Shown one piece after another: positions 7,398 through 16,824 of a DNA stretch of 39,838 nt. The notes under the pieces are model-generated. The model was not told where the DNA came from and made no database searches. It worked only from the letters and a program-made list of their open reading frames with translations. The DNA is taken from IMG/VR virus record IMGVR_UViG_3300017777_001079, positions 1 through 39,838 of that record, one strand, 5' to 3'. This DNA comes from a virus (Duplodnaviria; Caudoviricetes). Both the position numbers and the translations under genes were made by a program. Positions within the stretch are counted from its first letter, which is position 1. Each line of letters opens with the position of its first letter.

Positions 7398-8312
7398 ATG
7401 TCCACGAGATTGAAACCGTTCCGCAAGGACGAGGAACTGGCCGCGATCCCGGTCGATCAGCCCGTGCTGGTCGAGCTTGGTCCCGAACCGTCCGGCACCG
7501 AGCCGGAGAAGGGCGCTGATCGCGACACCGATCAGGGCGTCAAGACGCTGGAGGAGCAACTCGCCGCCTCCAAGGAGGCCGAGCGCCGCGCCGACGAGGG
7601 CCGCCGTGACGCCGAGCGCCGCGCCACCGAGGCCACCGCCGAAGCCGAAAAGGAATTGCTGAGCAATTCTCTCGCCGGCGCGCAATCCGAGGAAGCCGCC
7701 GCCAAGGAGGCCTTCAAGAAGGCGTTCGAGGCCGGCGACAGCGACGCAATGGCGGATGCGCAATCCAAGATCGGGCGCGCCGCAGCCCGCATCCTGCAAT
7801 TCGAGGGCGCGGTCGCGCAGTTCGAGGAAGAGGCCAAGGCAGAGAAGGACCGGCCGAAGCCGCAGGTCGACATCGTCACGGCGATCGACCGGGATCCGAA
7901 GCTGATGGCGCCGGAGCGCGATTGGCTCAAGGCCCACACCGAGACGCTGACCGACACCAGGCTCAACCGTAAGCTCGGCGTGGCCTATGACGAGGCGCTC
8001 GCGGCCGGCCACAAGCGCGGCAGCGACGGGTATTTCAAATTCCTCGATCAATTCATGGGCTATGCGAAGGCGTCCGACGACGAGCCCGGCGAAGACAATT
8101 CGGAAAGGGCCAGCCACATGAGCGCGCCGGTATCGCGTGAAGCCACGTCGTCCACAAGCGGGCGGCCGACGTCTCCGACCCGTGTCACCCTGACGCCGGA
8201 CGAGCGCGAGATGGCCCGCTCCATGGGAGTCAGCGACGTGAATTACGCCAAGGGCAAATTGCAATTGGCGGCCAATAGGAAATCCGATCCCGAAAAGTTC
8301 GCGGCCCGTTAA
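7398..8312 (+). CDS. Capsid scaffolding protein
   Basis: Acidic, coiled-coil rich; C-terminal 'VTLTPDEREMARSMGVSDVNYAKGK' helix-turn-helix typical of scaffold capsid-binding ends; lies upstream of the capsid genes. Confidence 0.75.
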   Translation: MSTRLKPFRKDEELAAIPVDQPVLVELGPEPSGTEPEKGADRDTDQGVKTLEEQLAASKEAERRADEGRRDAERRATEATAEAEKELLSNSLAGAQSEEAAAKEAFKKAFEAGDSDAMADAQSKIGRAAARILQFEGAVAQFEEEAKAEKDRPKPQVDIVTAIDRDPKLMAPERDWLKAHTETLTDTRLNRKLGVAYDEALAAGHKRGSDGYFKFLDQFMGYAKASDDEPGEDNSERASHMSAPVSREATSSTSGRPTSPTRVTLTPDEREMARSMGVSDVNYAKGKLQLAANRKSDPEKFAAR

Positions 8313-8323
8313 GGAGCATTCAG

Positions 8324-8854
8324 ATGACCAAAGCCCGCACCACCCGCGCCCCGATCCGCACCGAAGCTGCGACACCAGAGCCCGTGCGCGAGCCCATCCG
8401 CGCCAAGACCCGCACCCGCAAGGGCGTCGGCGTCGACCAATTCAACATTCCGCCGGAATTGATCCCTGATGGCATCGACTTCCAATGGAACGTCGACACC
8501 GTGACGGGCCAGCCGTCGGTGCAGGAGCGCACCAGGATGGAGCAGCAGGCCTGGGAGGCGGCGACCATCACCGATTTCCCGTTCCTTGACGGCATGTTCA
8601 TGCGCAAGGGACACCTGGGCGAGATCAATGTCGGCGGCCTCGTGCTGATGTGGCGACCGCTCGAATTGACGATCGAGGCGCGCGCCGAGGAATACCAGGC
8701 GGCCCGCAATGCGCGTCATGTCGAGGAGCGCAAGATCACCTCCGGCAATGTCGACGGCGTCGATCCAAACTTCCTCGACGCGAAGAACCCACATGCGCGG
8801 CAGCAAACGTTCTTGAAAAAGGAGCGCGTTGCGAGTATGCCGGTACAAGACTGA
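8324..8854 (+). CDS. Conserved head-module hypothetical protein
   Basis: AAGGAG RBS; 'IPDG..FQW...GGLVLM.RP' pattern; lies between scaffold and decoration genes. Confidence 0.8.
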   Translation: MTKARTTRAPIRTEAATPEPVREPIRAKTRTRKGVGVDQFNIPPELIPDGIDFQWNVDTVTGQPSVQERTRMEQQAWEAATITDFPFLDGMFMRKGHLGEINVGGLVLMWRPLELTIEARAEEYQAARNARHVEERKITSGNVDGVDPNFLDAKNPHARQQTFLKKERVASMPVQD

Positions 8855-8881
8855 TTCGTTCCGACGGATCGTAATTCAACT

Positions 8882-8950
8882 CCTTCACGCGCCGTGAAGG
8901 CCCCGACCACCCCCGCGAGGATCGCGGAGAGGAGGTCCTGAGAGGGTCTC
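8882..8950 (+). promoter_or_regulatory. Structured leader (two hairpins) upstream of capsid genes
   Basis: CCTTCACG-CGC-CGTGAAGG (8882-8900); CCGCGA-GGA-TCGCGG (8913-8927), extendable by GACC/GGTC pairing over a GGAGG. Confidence 0.5.
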
Positions 8951-9550
8951 ATGGCGAACGTTAACGCCCCAAACGGTTTCACGTATTTCGGTCGCATGGA
9001 CGGCGGTTCGCCGACCATGGGCAACACCACCCGCAAAATCCTGTCGACCTACAACGTCGCGATCGGCTTCGGCGATCCGGTGATTTCGGTCGCGAGCGGC
9101 TACATCCAGCGCGCCACGGCTTCGACGGTGCAGATCGCGGGCATGTTCTACGGATGCTCGTATCTCAATACCGCGGTCGGCCGCGTCGTCTGGTCGCCGT
9201 TCTGGCCCGGCACCGCGCAGGGCAGTGACGCGACCGCCTACATCAACAGTGACCCGCAGTCCTTGTTCCTGGTGCAGACGCTCAGCACCGCCGTGGTGTT
9301 CGCCGACATCGACGCCAACATCAACTTCGCGATCGGCGAGCCGAGCACGGTCACGGGCATTTCGACCACGTCGATCGATCAGTCGACCATCGCGACCACC
9401 GATACCCTGCCGTTCCGCGTCGTCGGGCTTTACTCCGACTACGAGACGGCAAGCGGCGCCGTGAACGGCACCGACAACGCCTCCGCTTACAACCGAATCA
9501 TCGTGGCACCGAACTTCTGGGATCGCCGGTCCCTGGTCGGCATCGTGTAA
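8951..9550 (+). CDS. Capsid decoration/cement-like protein
   Basis: 'MANVNAPNGF', 'IGFGDPV', 'G.F.GC.Y', 'DPQ.LF.VQ'; immediately upstream of the major capsid gene. Confidence 0.7.
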   Translation: MANVNAPNGFTYFGRMDGGSPTMGNTTRKILSTYNVAIGFGDPVISVASGYIQRATASTVQIAGMFYGCSYLNTAVGRVVWSPFWPGTAQGSDATAYINSDPQSLFLVQTLSTAVVFADIDANINFAIGEPSTVTGISTTSIDQSTIATTDTLPFRVVGLYSDYETASGAVNGTDNASAYNRIIVAPNFWDRRSLVGIV

Positions 9551-9565
9551 GCCGGAGGAAAACCC

Positions 9566-10480
9566 ATGCCAATCTCACTCGCACAAATCCGCGACCTTCT
9601 CCTCCCCGGCCTCTATGCCGTCACAGGGGAATACGACCAGCTTCCGCGCGTGTGGAACAAGGTCTACAAGTCGCGCAAGTCGACCATGGCGCTCGAGCGT
9701 CTCGCCTCGATGCGCTACCTGCCGATCGCGGCGATCAAGCAGGAAGGCGGAACGACCACCTTCGACAACGCCTCCGGCCAGCGCTACATCTACAACCAGG
9801 AGCACGACGAGATCGGGCTCGGGTTCGCGATCACGCGCAAGGCGATCGAGGACAACCTCTACAAGACCGAATTCGGCCCGAACGCGATGGGCCTGCGCAA
9901 TGCCTTCCTCCGGTTCGAGGAGGTCCGCGGCGCCGATGTGATCAACACCGCTTCCACCTACGACGCCACGGTAGCGGGCGACGGCAAGGCGCTGGCGGCC
10001 ACGGATCACCCGGTCGACGGCGGCACCTTCTCTAACCTGGCGTCGCCTGCGGTCTCGCTCAACGAAACCTCGCTGCTCAACGCCCAGGTCGCCATCAACG
10101 CCAATTGGCGCGACAACGCCAACCAGCGCATGAACGCCAAGCCGCGGAAGCTTCTGATCCCGCCGCAGCTCGAGCCGACCGCGATCCGCCTCTTGAAGAC
10201 CGAGCTTCGCCCCGGCACCGCCAACAACGATGTCAACGCGATCCTCTCGACCCAGGGCGGCATCCCGGACGGCTATCTGGTCTGGAACTACCTGACCTCC
10301 GAGTTCGGCTGGCAGGTGCTGACCGACCAGGACGGCCTGATCCACATGAGCCGCGTCGCCTACGAGAGCGATATGTCGGTGGAGTTCACGACCGACAACT
10401 TGCTGGTCAAAGGCTACATGCGCGACTCGTTCGGCTACAACGATCCGCGGTGCGCCTACTTCTCGCGTCCGACCAGCTAA
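9566..10480 (+). CDS. Major capsid protein (HK97 fold)
   Basis: GGAGG RBS; 'ISLAQIRDLLLPGL', 'LGFAITRKAIEDNLY', 'GDGKAL....HP', 'PRKLLIPPQL', 'R.SFG..DPR'; strong codon bias. Confidence 0.92.
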   Translation: MPISLAQIRDLLLPGLYAVTGEYDQLPRVWNKVYKSRKSTMALERLASMRYLPIAAIKQEGGTTTFDNASGQRYIYNQEHDEIGLGFAITRKAIEDNLYKTEFGPNAMGLRNAFLRFEEVRGADVINTASTYDATVAGDGKALAATDHPVDGGTFSNLASPAVSLNETSLLNAQVAINANWRDNANQRMNAKPRKLLIPPQLEPTAIRLLKTELRPGTANNDVNAILSTQGGIPDGYLVWNYLTSEFGWQVLTDQDGLIHMSRVAYESDMSVEFTTDNLLVKGYMRDSFGYNDPRCAYFSRPTS

Positions 10481-10495
10481 CGGGAGATTGGGACT

Positions 10496-11527
10496 ATGAC
10501 GCTAACCAATTTTCCCAACGGCGCATCGAGCTTCGGTGTCCCCATGGTTGGGGGCATCGGCGGGGTCCCGCTGACCGGCACTTATTTCTGGGTTGACCCG
10601 GCCAACGGGAACGACGGCAACACGGGCCTGTCTCCGCAGGAGGCGCTCTCCACGCTCTACATGGCGCACGCCAAGATGACGGCAGGCAAGAACGACGTTT
10701 GCGTTCTGGTCGGTAATGGCGCCGCCAGCGGCTCGGCGCGGCTTTCCACTGCGCTCGCACAATCCGTCGACTCCGCGGTCACGGCCGGCACGCTGGTCTG
10801 GTCGAAGAATGCCTGCCATCTGATCGGAGAGACGGCGCCGACGGTCGCGTCTCGCGCCCGCATCGCGCCGCCGTCCGGCACCTATACCCAAGCCACCTTC
10901 GGTTCCGGCGACTTCGTCACGGTTTCGGCGCAGGGCTGTATCTTCGCCAACTTCTCGCTCTTCAACGGCTTCTCCACCGGCGGCACCAATCAGATTTGCT
11001 GGACGGACTCGGGCGGGCGCAACTCCTACTACGGGGTGCAGTTCGGCGGTATGGGTGACGCGGCCTCGGCGCAGAACGCCGGCAGCCGATCGCTCCTGAT
11101 CACCGGCACGACCGGAGAGAACAGCTTCCACGAATGCACGTTCGGCCTCGACACCGTGACGCGCACCACCACCAACGCCACGCTGGAACTCGCCGGCGGC
11201 TCGCCGCGCAACACGTTCCGGAACTGTACCTTCGTGGCGATGACCTCGAATGCCGGCGTTCTCCACATCAAGACCGGGGCGGCGTCGGCAATTGATCGCT
11301 GGCAGTTGTTCGCGGATTGCGCCTTCATCAACGCAATCCAGAGCACCAGCACCCAGATGACGGTTGCGATCTCCATGGCGGCTTCGGCCGGCGGCATGCT
11401 GCTGATCCAGCGGTGCACCTCGATTGGCTCCACCAAATGGGGCGACGCCGGCGCGCTGGCACAGATTTACGTCGACGGCGGACCGCCGACCGCGGGCACC
11501 ACGGGCCTCGCGATCACCCCGACCTAA
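10496..11527 (+). CDS. Putative head fibre / right-handed beta-helix virion protein
   Basis: N-terminal 'TNFPNGASSFG', 'YFWVDPANGNDGNTGLSP..AL.TL' beta-helix cap, repeated 'F.NCTF/FHECTF/FADCAF' rungs. Confidence 0.65.
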   Translation: MTLTNFPNGASSFGVPMVGGIGGVPLTGTYFWVDPANGNDGNTGLSPQEALSTLYMAHAKMTAGKNDVCVLVGNGAASGSARLSTALAQSVDSAVTAGTLVWSKNACHLIGETAPTVASRARIAPPSGTYTQATFGSGDFVTVSAQGCIFANFSLFNGFSTGGTNQICWTDSGGRNSYYGVQFGGMGDAASAQNAGSRSLLITGTTGENSFHECTFGLDTVTRTTTNATLELAGGSPRNTFRNCTFVAMTSNAGVLHIKTGAASAIDRWQLFADCAFINAIQSTSTQMTVAISMAASAGGMLLIQRCTSIGSTKWGDAGALAQIYVDGGPPTAGTTGLAITPT

Positions 11528-11559
11528 ACGGGACCGCTACAGCAACGCGAAGAACTTTG

Positions 11560-11584
11560 GGGCGGCTTCGGCCGCCCTTTCCTT
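11560..11584 (+). terminator. Intrinsic terminator after head genes
   Basis: GGGCGGC-TTCG-GCCGCCC followed by TTTCCTT (short U tract). Confidence 0.65.
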
Positions 11585-11608
11585 ATCGGACAACGGAAGG
11601 GCCGCACG

Positions 11609-12250
11609 ATGCAGCCGATCTACGTCACCAAAGCGCTCTCGGTCGCGGCGGACGCCGATGGCATCGCGCAATCGCAGACCCCGCTCGCCGGCGGCAACCT
11701 CACGATCAATGGTGCGCTCGCCTCGGGCGGGGTCGCCAGCCTGACGAGCCAGCGGCAGGTGCTGTTCACCTTCGCGGCCGACGAAACCGGGCGCACCTTC
11801 GTGGTCTACGGGACCGACGATCAGGGCGTCAGCATCAGCGAGACGGTGGCGGGCACGGCCACCACAGCGGTGACGCTCCTCAACTACAAGACCGTGCCAC
11901 GGATCTCCGTCGACGCAGCCACCGCGGGCGCGCTGACGGTCGGGACCAATGGGGTCGGAGCCGGCCCATGGATCATCCCGAACTGGCACATCTCGCCGGT
12001 CAACATCGGCTTCGGCACGATCGTGACCGGGACCGTCAACTTTACGGTCCAATACGCCATGCAGGACCCGAGCGGGACCTACCCGAGCGGGGCGGCAATC
12101 CCGACACCGTTCGACATGACCGACCTCGCCTCCAAGACCGCGAATACCGCGGCGAATTGGGTTGCGCCGATCGCGGCCTGGCGCGTGAAGATCAATTCCG
12201 GGACTGGCAGCGTGACGGTGTCGGCGCTCCAGGCCGGGATCGCAGGCTAA
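11609..12250 (+). CDS. Virion structural protein, beta-rich
   Basis: Ala/Thr/Gly-rich beta-strand pattern, GAAGGG RBS, position in the morphogenesis operon. Confidence 0.75.
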   Translation: MQPIYVTKALSVAADADGIAQSQTPLAGGNLTINGALASGGVASLTSQRQVLFTFAADETGRTFVVYGTDDQGVSISETVAGTATTAVTLLNYKTVPRISVDAATAGALTVGTNGVGAGPWIIPNWHISPVNIGFGTIVTGTVNFTVQYAMQDPSGTYPSGAAIPTPFDMTDLASKTANTAANWVAPIAAWRVKINSGTGSVTVSALQAGIAG

Positions 12251-12254
12251 AGCC

Positions 12255-12944
12255 GTGACGAGCTCCGGCACCTACGCATTCGCCTCATCGAATGCCGACG
12301 TGGTGTTGGGCGCCTATGGCCGCATTGGCATCCGGCGCACCATGCTGCTCGCCGAGCACATGTCCGACGCCTACCGGCAGGCCAACCTTGCGCTGGTCAC
12401 GCTTTCCAATCTGCAGCCGAACCTGTGGACCGAGGAAACGCAGGAGGTGGCACTGATCGACGGGACCGCGAGCTACACGCTCGAGGCCCGCACCATCATG
12501 ATCCTCATTGCGACGATCCGGACCGGAACGGGCGTGTCGCAGAACGACCGCGTCATCACCCCGGTGTCGGCCGTCGATTACCAGAGCTTCCCGAACAAGT
12601 CGCAGGAAGGCTTTCCGAGCACCTATTGGTTTAACCGGCAGATCACGCCCACCATCACGTTCTGGACCGTTCCGGACGCCACCTCGATTTACACGGCCCG
12701 CCTGCAGACCGTGCGGCAGGTGCAGGACGCTAATCTGGCCAGCGGCGAAACCCCGGACCTGCCGTATCGGTTTCTCGACTGGTTCGAGGCCGAGATCGCG
12801 GCGCGCCTCGCGCGCATCTACAAGCCTGACCTCGAGGACAAACGCAAAGCCGACGCCGCGCAGGCCTGGGCGATTGCGGCGACCCAGGACGTTGAAAATG
12901 TTCCGATGTCGATCATGCCGGCGCTCGGCGGCTATTACCGGTAG
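12255..12944 (+). CDS. Head-tail adaptor / tail tubular protein A-like
   Basis: 'MTSSGTYAF', 'NLW', 'Y...PNK...G.P..YWF.RQ..P.I..W.VPD', 'PYRFL' pattern of podoviral adaptors. Confidence 0.75.
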   Translation: MTSSGTYAFASSNADVVLGAYGRIGIRRTMLLAEHMSDAYRQANLALVTLSNLQPNLWTEETQEVALIDGTASYTLEARTIMILIATIRTGTGVSQNDRVITPVSAVDYQSFPNKSQEGFPSTYWFNRQITPTITFWTVPDATSIYTARLQTVRQVQDANLASGETPDLPYRFLDWFEAEIAARLARIYKPDLEDKRKADAAQAWAIAATQDVENVPMSIMPALGGYYR

Positions 12945-12949
12945 CCGAG

Positions 12950-13339
12950 GTGGCCTGGCATCCCAACGGCCGGGCGCGCGTCAGCGCCAGCAGCCCCCGC
13001 GCGAAAGCCGTCTGTGACCGTTGCGGATTTCTGTATTCGCGCACCGACCTGCGCTGGCAGTCCCAGTGGGAGGGCACGCAGCTTCAGAACCTCGGCATCC
13101 TGGTGTGCTCGATCTGCCTGGATAAGCCGCAAATGCAGTTGCGCGCCATCATCCTGCCGCCCGATCCGACGCCGATCGAAGACCCGCGGCCCGAGCGCTA
13201 CGCGATGGAAGTGCCGAGTTACGTCTCGACCGAGGCTGGCGTTCATTTTGTGACGATGTCCGGCCTGAACCTCACGACCGAAATCCGCGTGACGCCGTCG
13301 CCTGACCCCAACACCCCCTATTACTTCGTCCCGGAATAG
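12950..13339 (+). CDS. Zinc-finger protein of the tail module
   Basis: Two CxxC pairs ('CDRCGF', 'VCSICLD') and 'DP.PI..PRP'. Confidence 0.8.
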   Translation: MAWHPNGRARVSASSPRAKAVCDRCGFLYSRTDLRWQSQWEGTQLQNLGILVCSICLDKPQMQLRAIILPPDPTPIEDPRPERYAMEVPSYVSTEAGVHFVTMSGLNLTTEIRVTPSPDPNTPYYFVPE

Positions 13340-13342
13340 ACC

Positions 13343-15487
13343 ATGGCCAACACGACGATGCTTGATCTGCCGGTCGCGTCAGGGCTCGACGGGTCGGAGT
13401 ATGCCTGGATCGTTCAGGGGGGCACCGACAAGCGGGCGACGCTTGCGGAGATCGCCGCGACCGCTACCGGCTTCGTGCCGACCTCGCGCGCCATCAACAC
13501 CCCATCGAACGGCGGCCTCACCGGCGGCGGCACGCTCGCGGGCGACCTGTCCCTGAGCTTCCTGCCGTCCAACCTCGCGGCCAAGACCGCAATGGCGGTG
13601 GCCGACGGGTTCGCGATTAACGACGTCGCCGGGGGCAACGTCCCGAAGCTCTCGACATTCTCGAATGCGATGAAGGCGCTCACCGGGCTGACCGCGCTCG
13701 GTGCCCCGAGCCTGACCGACGACTACCTCATCATCAACCGGGCCTCGGACGGCCTGACCTACAAGATCAACCCTTCGTCGCTTTCGCTCGCGGCCGGCAA
13801 CGTCCCGGCCGGCGGCACGACCGGACAGTTCCTCGCAAAGGCCAGCGGCACAGACTACGACACGGAATGGTCTGATCCTTCGATCCTGCTCGATGCCGTC
13901 AGCATCGCGGCGAACCCGACCGGCGCTCAGGCATTCGCGGTTTCGGTCACGCTTGGCGCGACGCTCGCATTCTCAGGAACGGCGCTCCGGACCGGAGCGG
14001 GCACTGGCGACGTCTCATGGTCCGCCAACAGCTTCACGACTGCGATCGGCAATAACGTCGTCACCAATGCGATGCTGCGGACAAGTTCCGGTCTGTCCGT
14101 CATCGGTCGATCGGCCAATACGACCGGGAACGTCGCCGACATCACGGCCGGAACCGACAACCAGGTCTTGCGGCGCTCCGGCACGACGGTCGGGTTCGGT
14201 GCGGTCAATCTCGCATCGGCGGATGCGGTGACGGGCAATCTGCCGGTCGGGAACCTCAATTCCGGCACCTCCGCGAGCGCCACGACGTTCTGGCGCGGCG
14301 ATGCGACATGGTCGGCGGTGGCAGGCTCAGATGTGACCGGCGCCGCGCTCACAAAGGTTGACGACACCAACGTTACGCTGACGCTCGGCGGTACACCGGC
14401 AACGGCACTCCTGCGCGCGGCGTCCCTTACGCTTGGGTGGACCGGGCAACTCGGTCTCACCCGTGGCGGCACCGCGGCGAGCCTGACGGCCTCCGACGGC
14501 GGCATCGTCTATTCGACATCGAGCGCGCTTGCGATCCTTGCCGCGACCGCGACCGCCGGTCAGATCATTCGCTCCGGCTCGAACACGGCGCCATCATGGT
14601 CGACGGCGACTTATCCGGCGACGACGACCATCAACCAGTTGCTGTATTCGAGTTCGGCGAATGTGATTGCCGGACTTGCTACGGCCAATGGCGGCATTCT
14701 CAATGCCGGGGCGACCGGTATCCCGAGTATCACCGCAACACCGGTTCTGGGTGTGGCAGGGTCCACCCTCGGCACCCTGACGCTTTCCGGCAATACCTCC
14801 GGCACAGTCCTGATCACCCCGCAGGCTGCGGCTGGCACCGCTACTTTCACGCTCCCGAACGCATCCGGCACGCCCGCGATTAACGTCCCGTCTCCGCTCT
14901 CGCTCTCCGCGACCACCGGAGCGGTCACATGGGCCGGCCTGACCAGCGGTGGCGTGCTCTATGCGAGCAGCACCACGGCGGTGGCGTCCTCGGCGCTTCT
15001 CACCGCGAATGGCGTGGTGCTCGGAGGCGGGGCTGGCACTGCGCCCGGCGTGACGGCAGTCGGCACCAACGGCCAGCGGCTGATGGGCAATACCGGCTCG
15101 GCGCCGACATTCCAGACCGAGACGGCATTCGTGCCATTCGTCATCGATGGCGGGGGCTCCGCGATCACCACCGGCATCAAGGGCGACATCGGCCCGTTCT
15201 CGTTCCCGTGCACGATCACCGGCGTCACCATGCTGGCCGATCAGTCCGGATCGATCGTGGTCGATCTCTGGGTCGACAGCTACGCGAATTTCCCGCCGAC
15301 AGATGCGGACAGCATTACGGCATCCGCTCCGCCTACGATTTCGGCCGCGACCAAATCGCAGGACACCACGCTCACGGGCTGGACCGTTGCGCTCGCCGCT
15401 GGAGCCATCATTCGGTACAACGTCGACAGCGCGTCGACCGTTACCCGCGTCACGCTCACACTCGCAGTCAGCAAGACGGGCGCGTGA
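13343..15487 (+). CDS. Tail fibre protein
   Basis: T/G/S/A-rich; '[21 protein letters not shown]', 'TFWRGDATW', repeated 'GG(I/V)(V/L)Y', C-terminal '[17 protein letters not shown]...[11 protein letters not shown]' domain. Confidence 0.85.
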   Translation: MANTTMLDLPVASGLDGSEYAWIVQGGTDKRATLAEIAATATGFVPTSRAINTPSNGGLTGGGTLAGDLSLSFLPSNLAAKTAMAVADGFAINDVAGGNVPKLSTFSNAMKALTGLTALGAPSLTDDYLIINRASDGLTYKINPSSLSLAAGNVPAGGTTGQFLAKASGTDYDTEWSDPSILLDAVSIAANPTGAQAFAVSVTLGATLAFSGTALRTGAGTGDVSWSANSFTTAIGNNVVTNAMLRTSSGLSVIGRSANTTGNVADITAGTDNQVLRRSGTTVGFGAVNLASADAVTGNLPVGNLNSGTSASATTFWRGDATWSAVAGSDVTGAALTKVDDTNVTLTLGGTPATALLRAASLTLGWTGQLGLTRGGTAASLTASDGGIVYSTSSALAILAATATAGQIIRSGSNTAPSWSTATYPATTTINQLLYSSSANVIAGLATANGGILNAGATGIPSITATPVLGVAGSTLGTLTLSGNTSGTVLITPQAAAGTATFTLPNASGTPAINVPSPLSLSATTGAVTWAGLTSGGVLYASSTTAVASSALLTANGVVLGGGAGTAPGVTAVGTNGQRLMGNTGSAPTFQTETAFVPFVIDGGGSAITTGIKGDIGPFSFPCTITGVTMLADQSGSIVVDLWVDSYANFPPTDADSITASAPPTISAATKSQDTTLTGWTVALAAGAIIRYNVDSASTVTRVTLTLAVSKTGA

Positions 15488-15915
15488 TGGGAACCAAGAT
15501 CGCTGTGGTCTACGGCACCCAATCCGGCATCATGCGCCGGGTTATTGCCCCCTCGCGCGACAAAGAGCTCGACGATCCTGCGCTGGTCGGTCCGGGCGAA
15601 TCCATGCTCGTTATGGAGGGCAAGGACGCGCCGAACATGACCGCGGCAAAGGGAGCGCTCGTCAAGCATCTTGGCTTCATCCCGCATTCCGGACGCACCG
15701 CCGTGATCTCAATGGACGGTGTGGTGGAAAACGTGATCATCGCCGATCCCGCCCTTTACTCCATTCCCGACAAGATTCTCGTGCTCTGCGGCGATGACGT
15801 GAAACCTGGGATGACGCACGACGACAAGGATGGATTTAAAGAAATCCCCCCTGAGCCAGATCCTGATGAGGAAGTGCCGCCGGTTTCGTCCGAGCCCGGT
15901 GTTGACGCGCCATGA
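15487..15915 (+). CDS. Tail-fibre-associated small protein (142 aa, [10 protein letters not shown]...)
   Basis: TGATG overlap with the fibre stop and ATGA overlap with the next gene; 'GVVENVIIAD' motif. The 14929 start in the track is a spurious extension. Confidence 0.75.
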   Translation: MGTKIAVVYGTQSGIMRRVIAPSRDKELDDPALVGPGESMLVMEGKDAPNMTAAKGALVKHLGFIPHSGRTAVISMDGVVENVIIADPALYSIPDKILVLCGDDVKPGMTHDDKDGFKEIPPEPDPDEEVPPVSSEPGVDAP

Positions 15916-16811
15916 CGACGATCTTTTATACCAGCACCCAGACCGTCACGGTCCCGGTAGACTTCTCCACACTCACTTATATCGACTGCATCGGTCCCGG
16001 CGGCGGTGGTGGCGGCGGTCAATCCGGCATCACGGCTGGGGCGGGCGGCGGCGGCGGTGCTTTCTCGCAGATTACTTCGCTCTCGGGCATCGCGCCTTCT
16101 AACCAATATCACATCCAGGTCCCGGCCGGCGGCGCCGCAGGGACAAACGCAGCCGGAACCACTGGCGCGGATTGCTGGTGGAAAAATACCGCAGAGACGA
16201 CAACCTATGCGCTTGCCAAGGGCGGCACTGGCGGGGCCAAAAACGACTCGCATAACGGCGGTGGGGCCGGTGGAGCCGCGGCATCTGGAACAGGAAACAC
16301 CAAACGATCCGGCGGCACCGGCGGTGGTACGCGCGGCGGCGGCGGCGGCGGTGCTGCAGGGCCGACAGCGGACGGAGCCATTGGCGGAACCGGCAATAAT
16401 TCTGGCTACAACGCTGGCGCAGGCGGCGGCGGTGCCGATGGCGGAACGCAGGGCGTCGATTGGACATCCGGCGCAACCGGGACCGCGGGCGGGACCGGGG
16501 CAAACAACGGCGGCAACGGCGGCGCTGGCGGCAATGGAAATAATGCGGGAGCCGGCGGCAACGGTGTCGTTGGGTCGGCAGGCACCGAATACGACGGCTC
16601 GCATGGTTCCGGTGGCGGTGGTGGCGGCGCGGGCACCAGCACGGGCTCCGGCGGGGTCGGCGCCGTTGGCGGCAACTATGGCGGCGGTGGCGGCGGTGGC
16701 GGTCTGTCCGATGTCGGCAATACAACCGGCGGGAACGGCGCGGCCGCGCTCATCACCTTCGTCTATGCGACGGCCGGAAACGCCCGCGCGTTCGGATTTG
16801 TCATCGGCTAG
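15912..16811 (+). CDS. Glycine-rich adhesin-like protein
   Basis: 'CIGPGGGGGGG', 'GGGGGAF', many GGxG repeats, C-terminal 'GGNGAAALITFVY'. Confidence 0.8.
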   Translation: MTTIFYTSTQTVTVPVDFSTLTYIDCIGPGGGGGGGQSGITAGAGGGGGAFSQITSLSGIAPSNQYHIQVPAGGAAGTNAAGTTGADCWWKNTAETTTYALAKGGTGGAKNDSHNGGGAGGAAASGTGNTKRSGGTGGGTRGGGGGGAAGPTADGAIGGTGNNSGYNAGAGGGGADGGTQGVDWTSGATGTAGGTGANNGGNGGAGGNGNNAGAGGNGVVGSAGTEYDGSHGSGGGGGGAGTSTGSGGVGAVGGNYGGGGGGGGLSDVGNTTGGNGAAALITFVYATAGNARAFGFVIG

Positions 16812-16824
16812 GACGGTGTGACGC

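Noticed and set aside
14929-15486. N-terminal extension of the 14929-15915 ORF (similarly 3294, 19452, 21262, 38517, 38840 starts)
   Set aside because: R/H-rich off-frame reads of upstream genes or spacers; downstream ATGs with overlaps or RBS fit better.
15990-16745. GGC-rich runs as DNA tandem repeats
   Set aside because: Explained by polyglycine coding with mixed synonymous codons.
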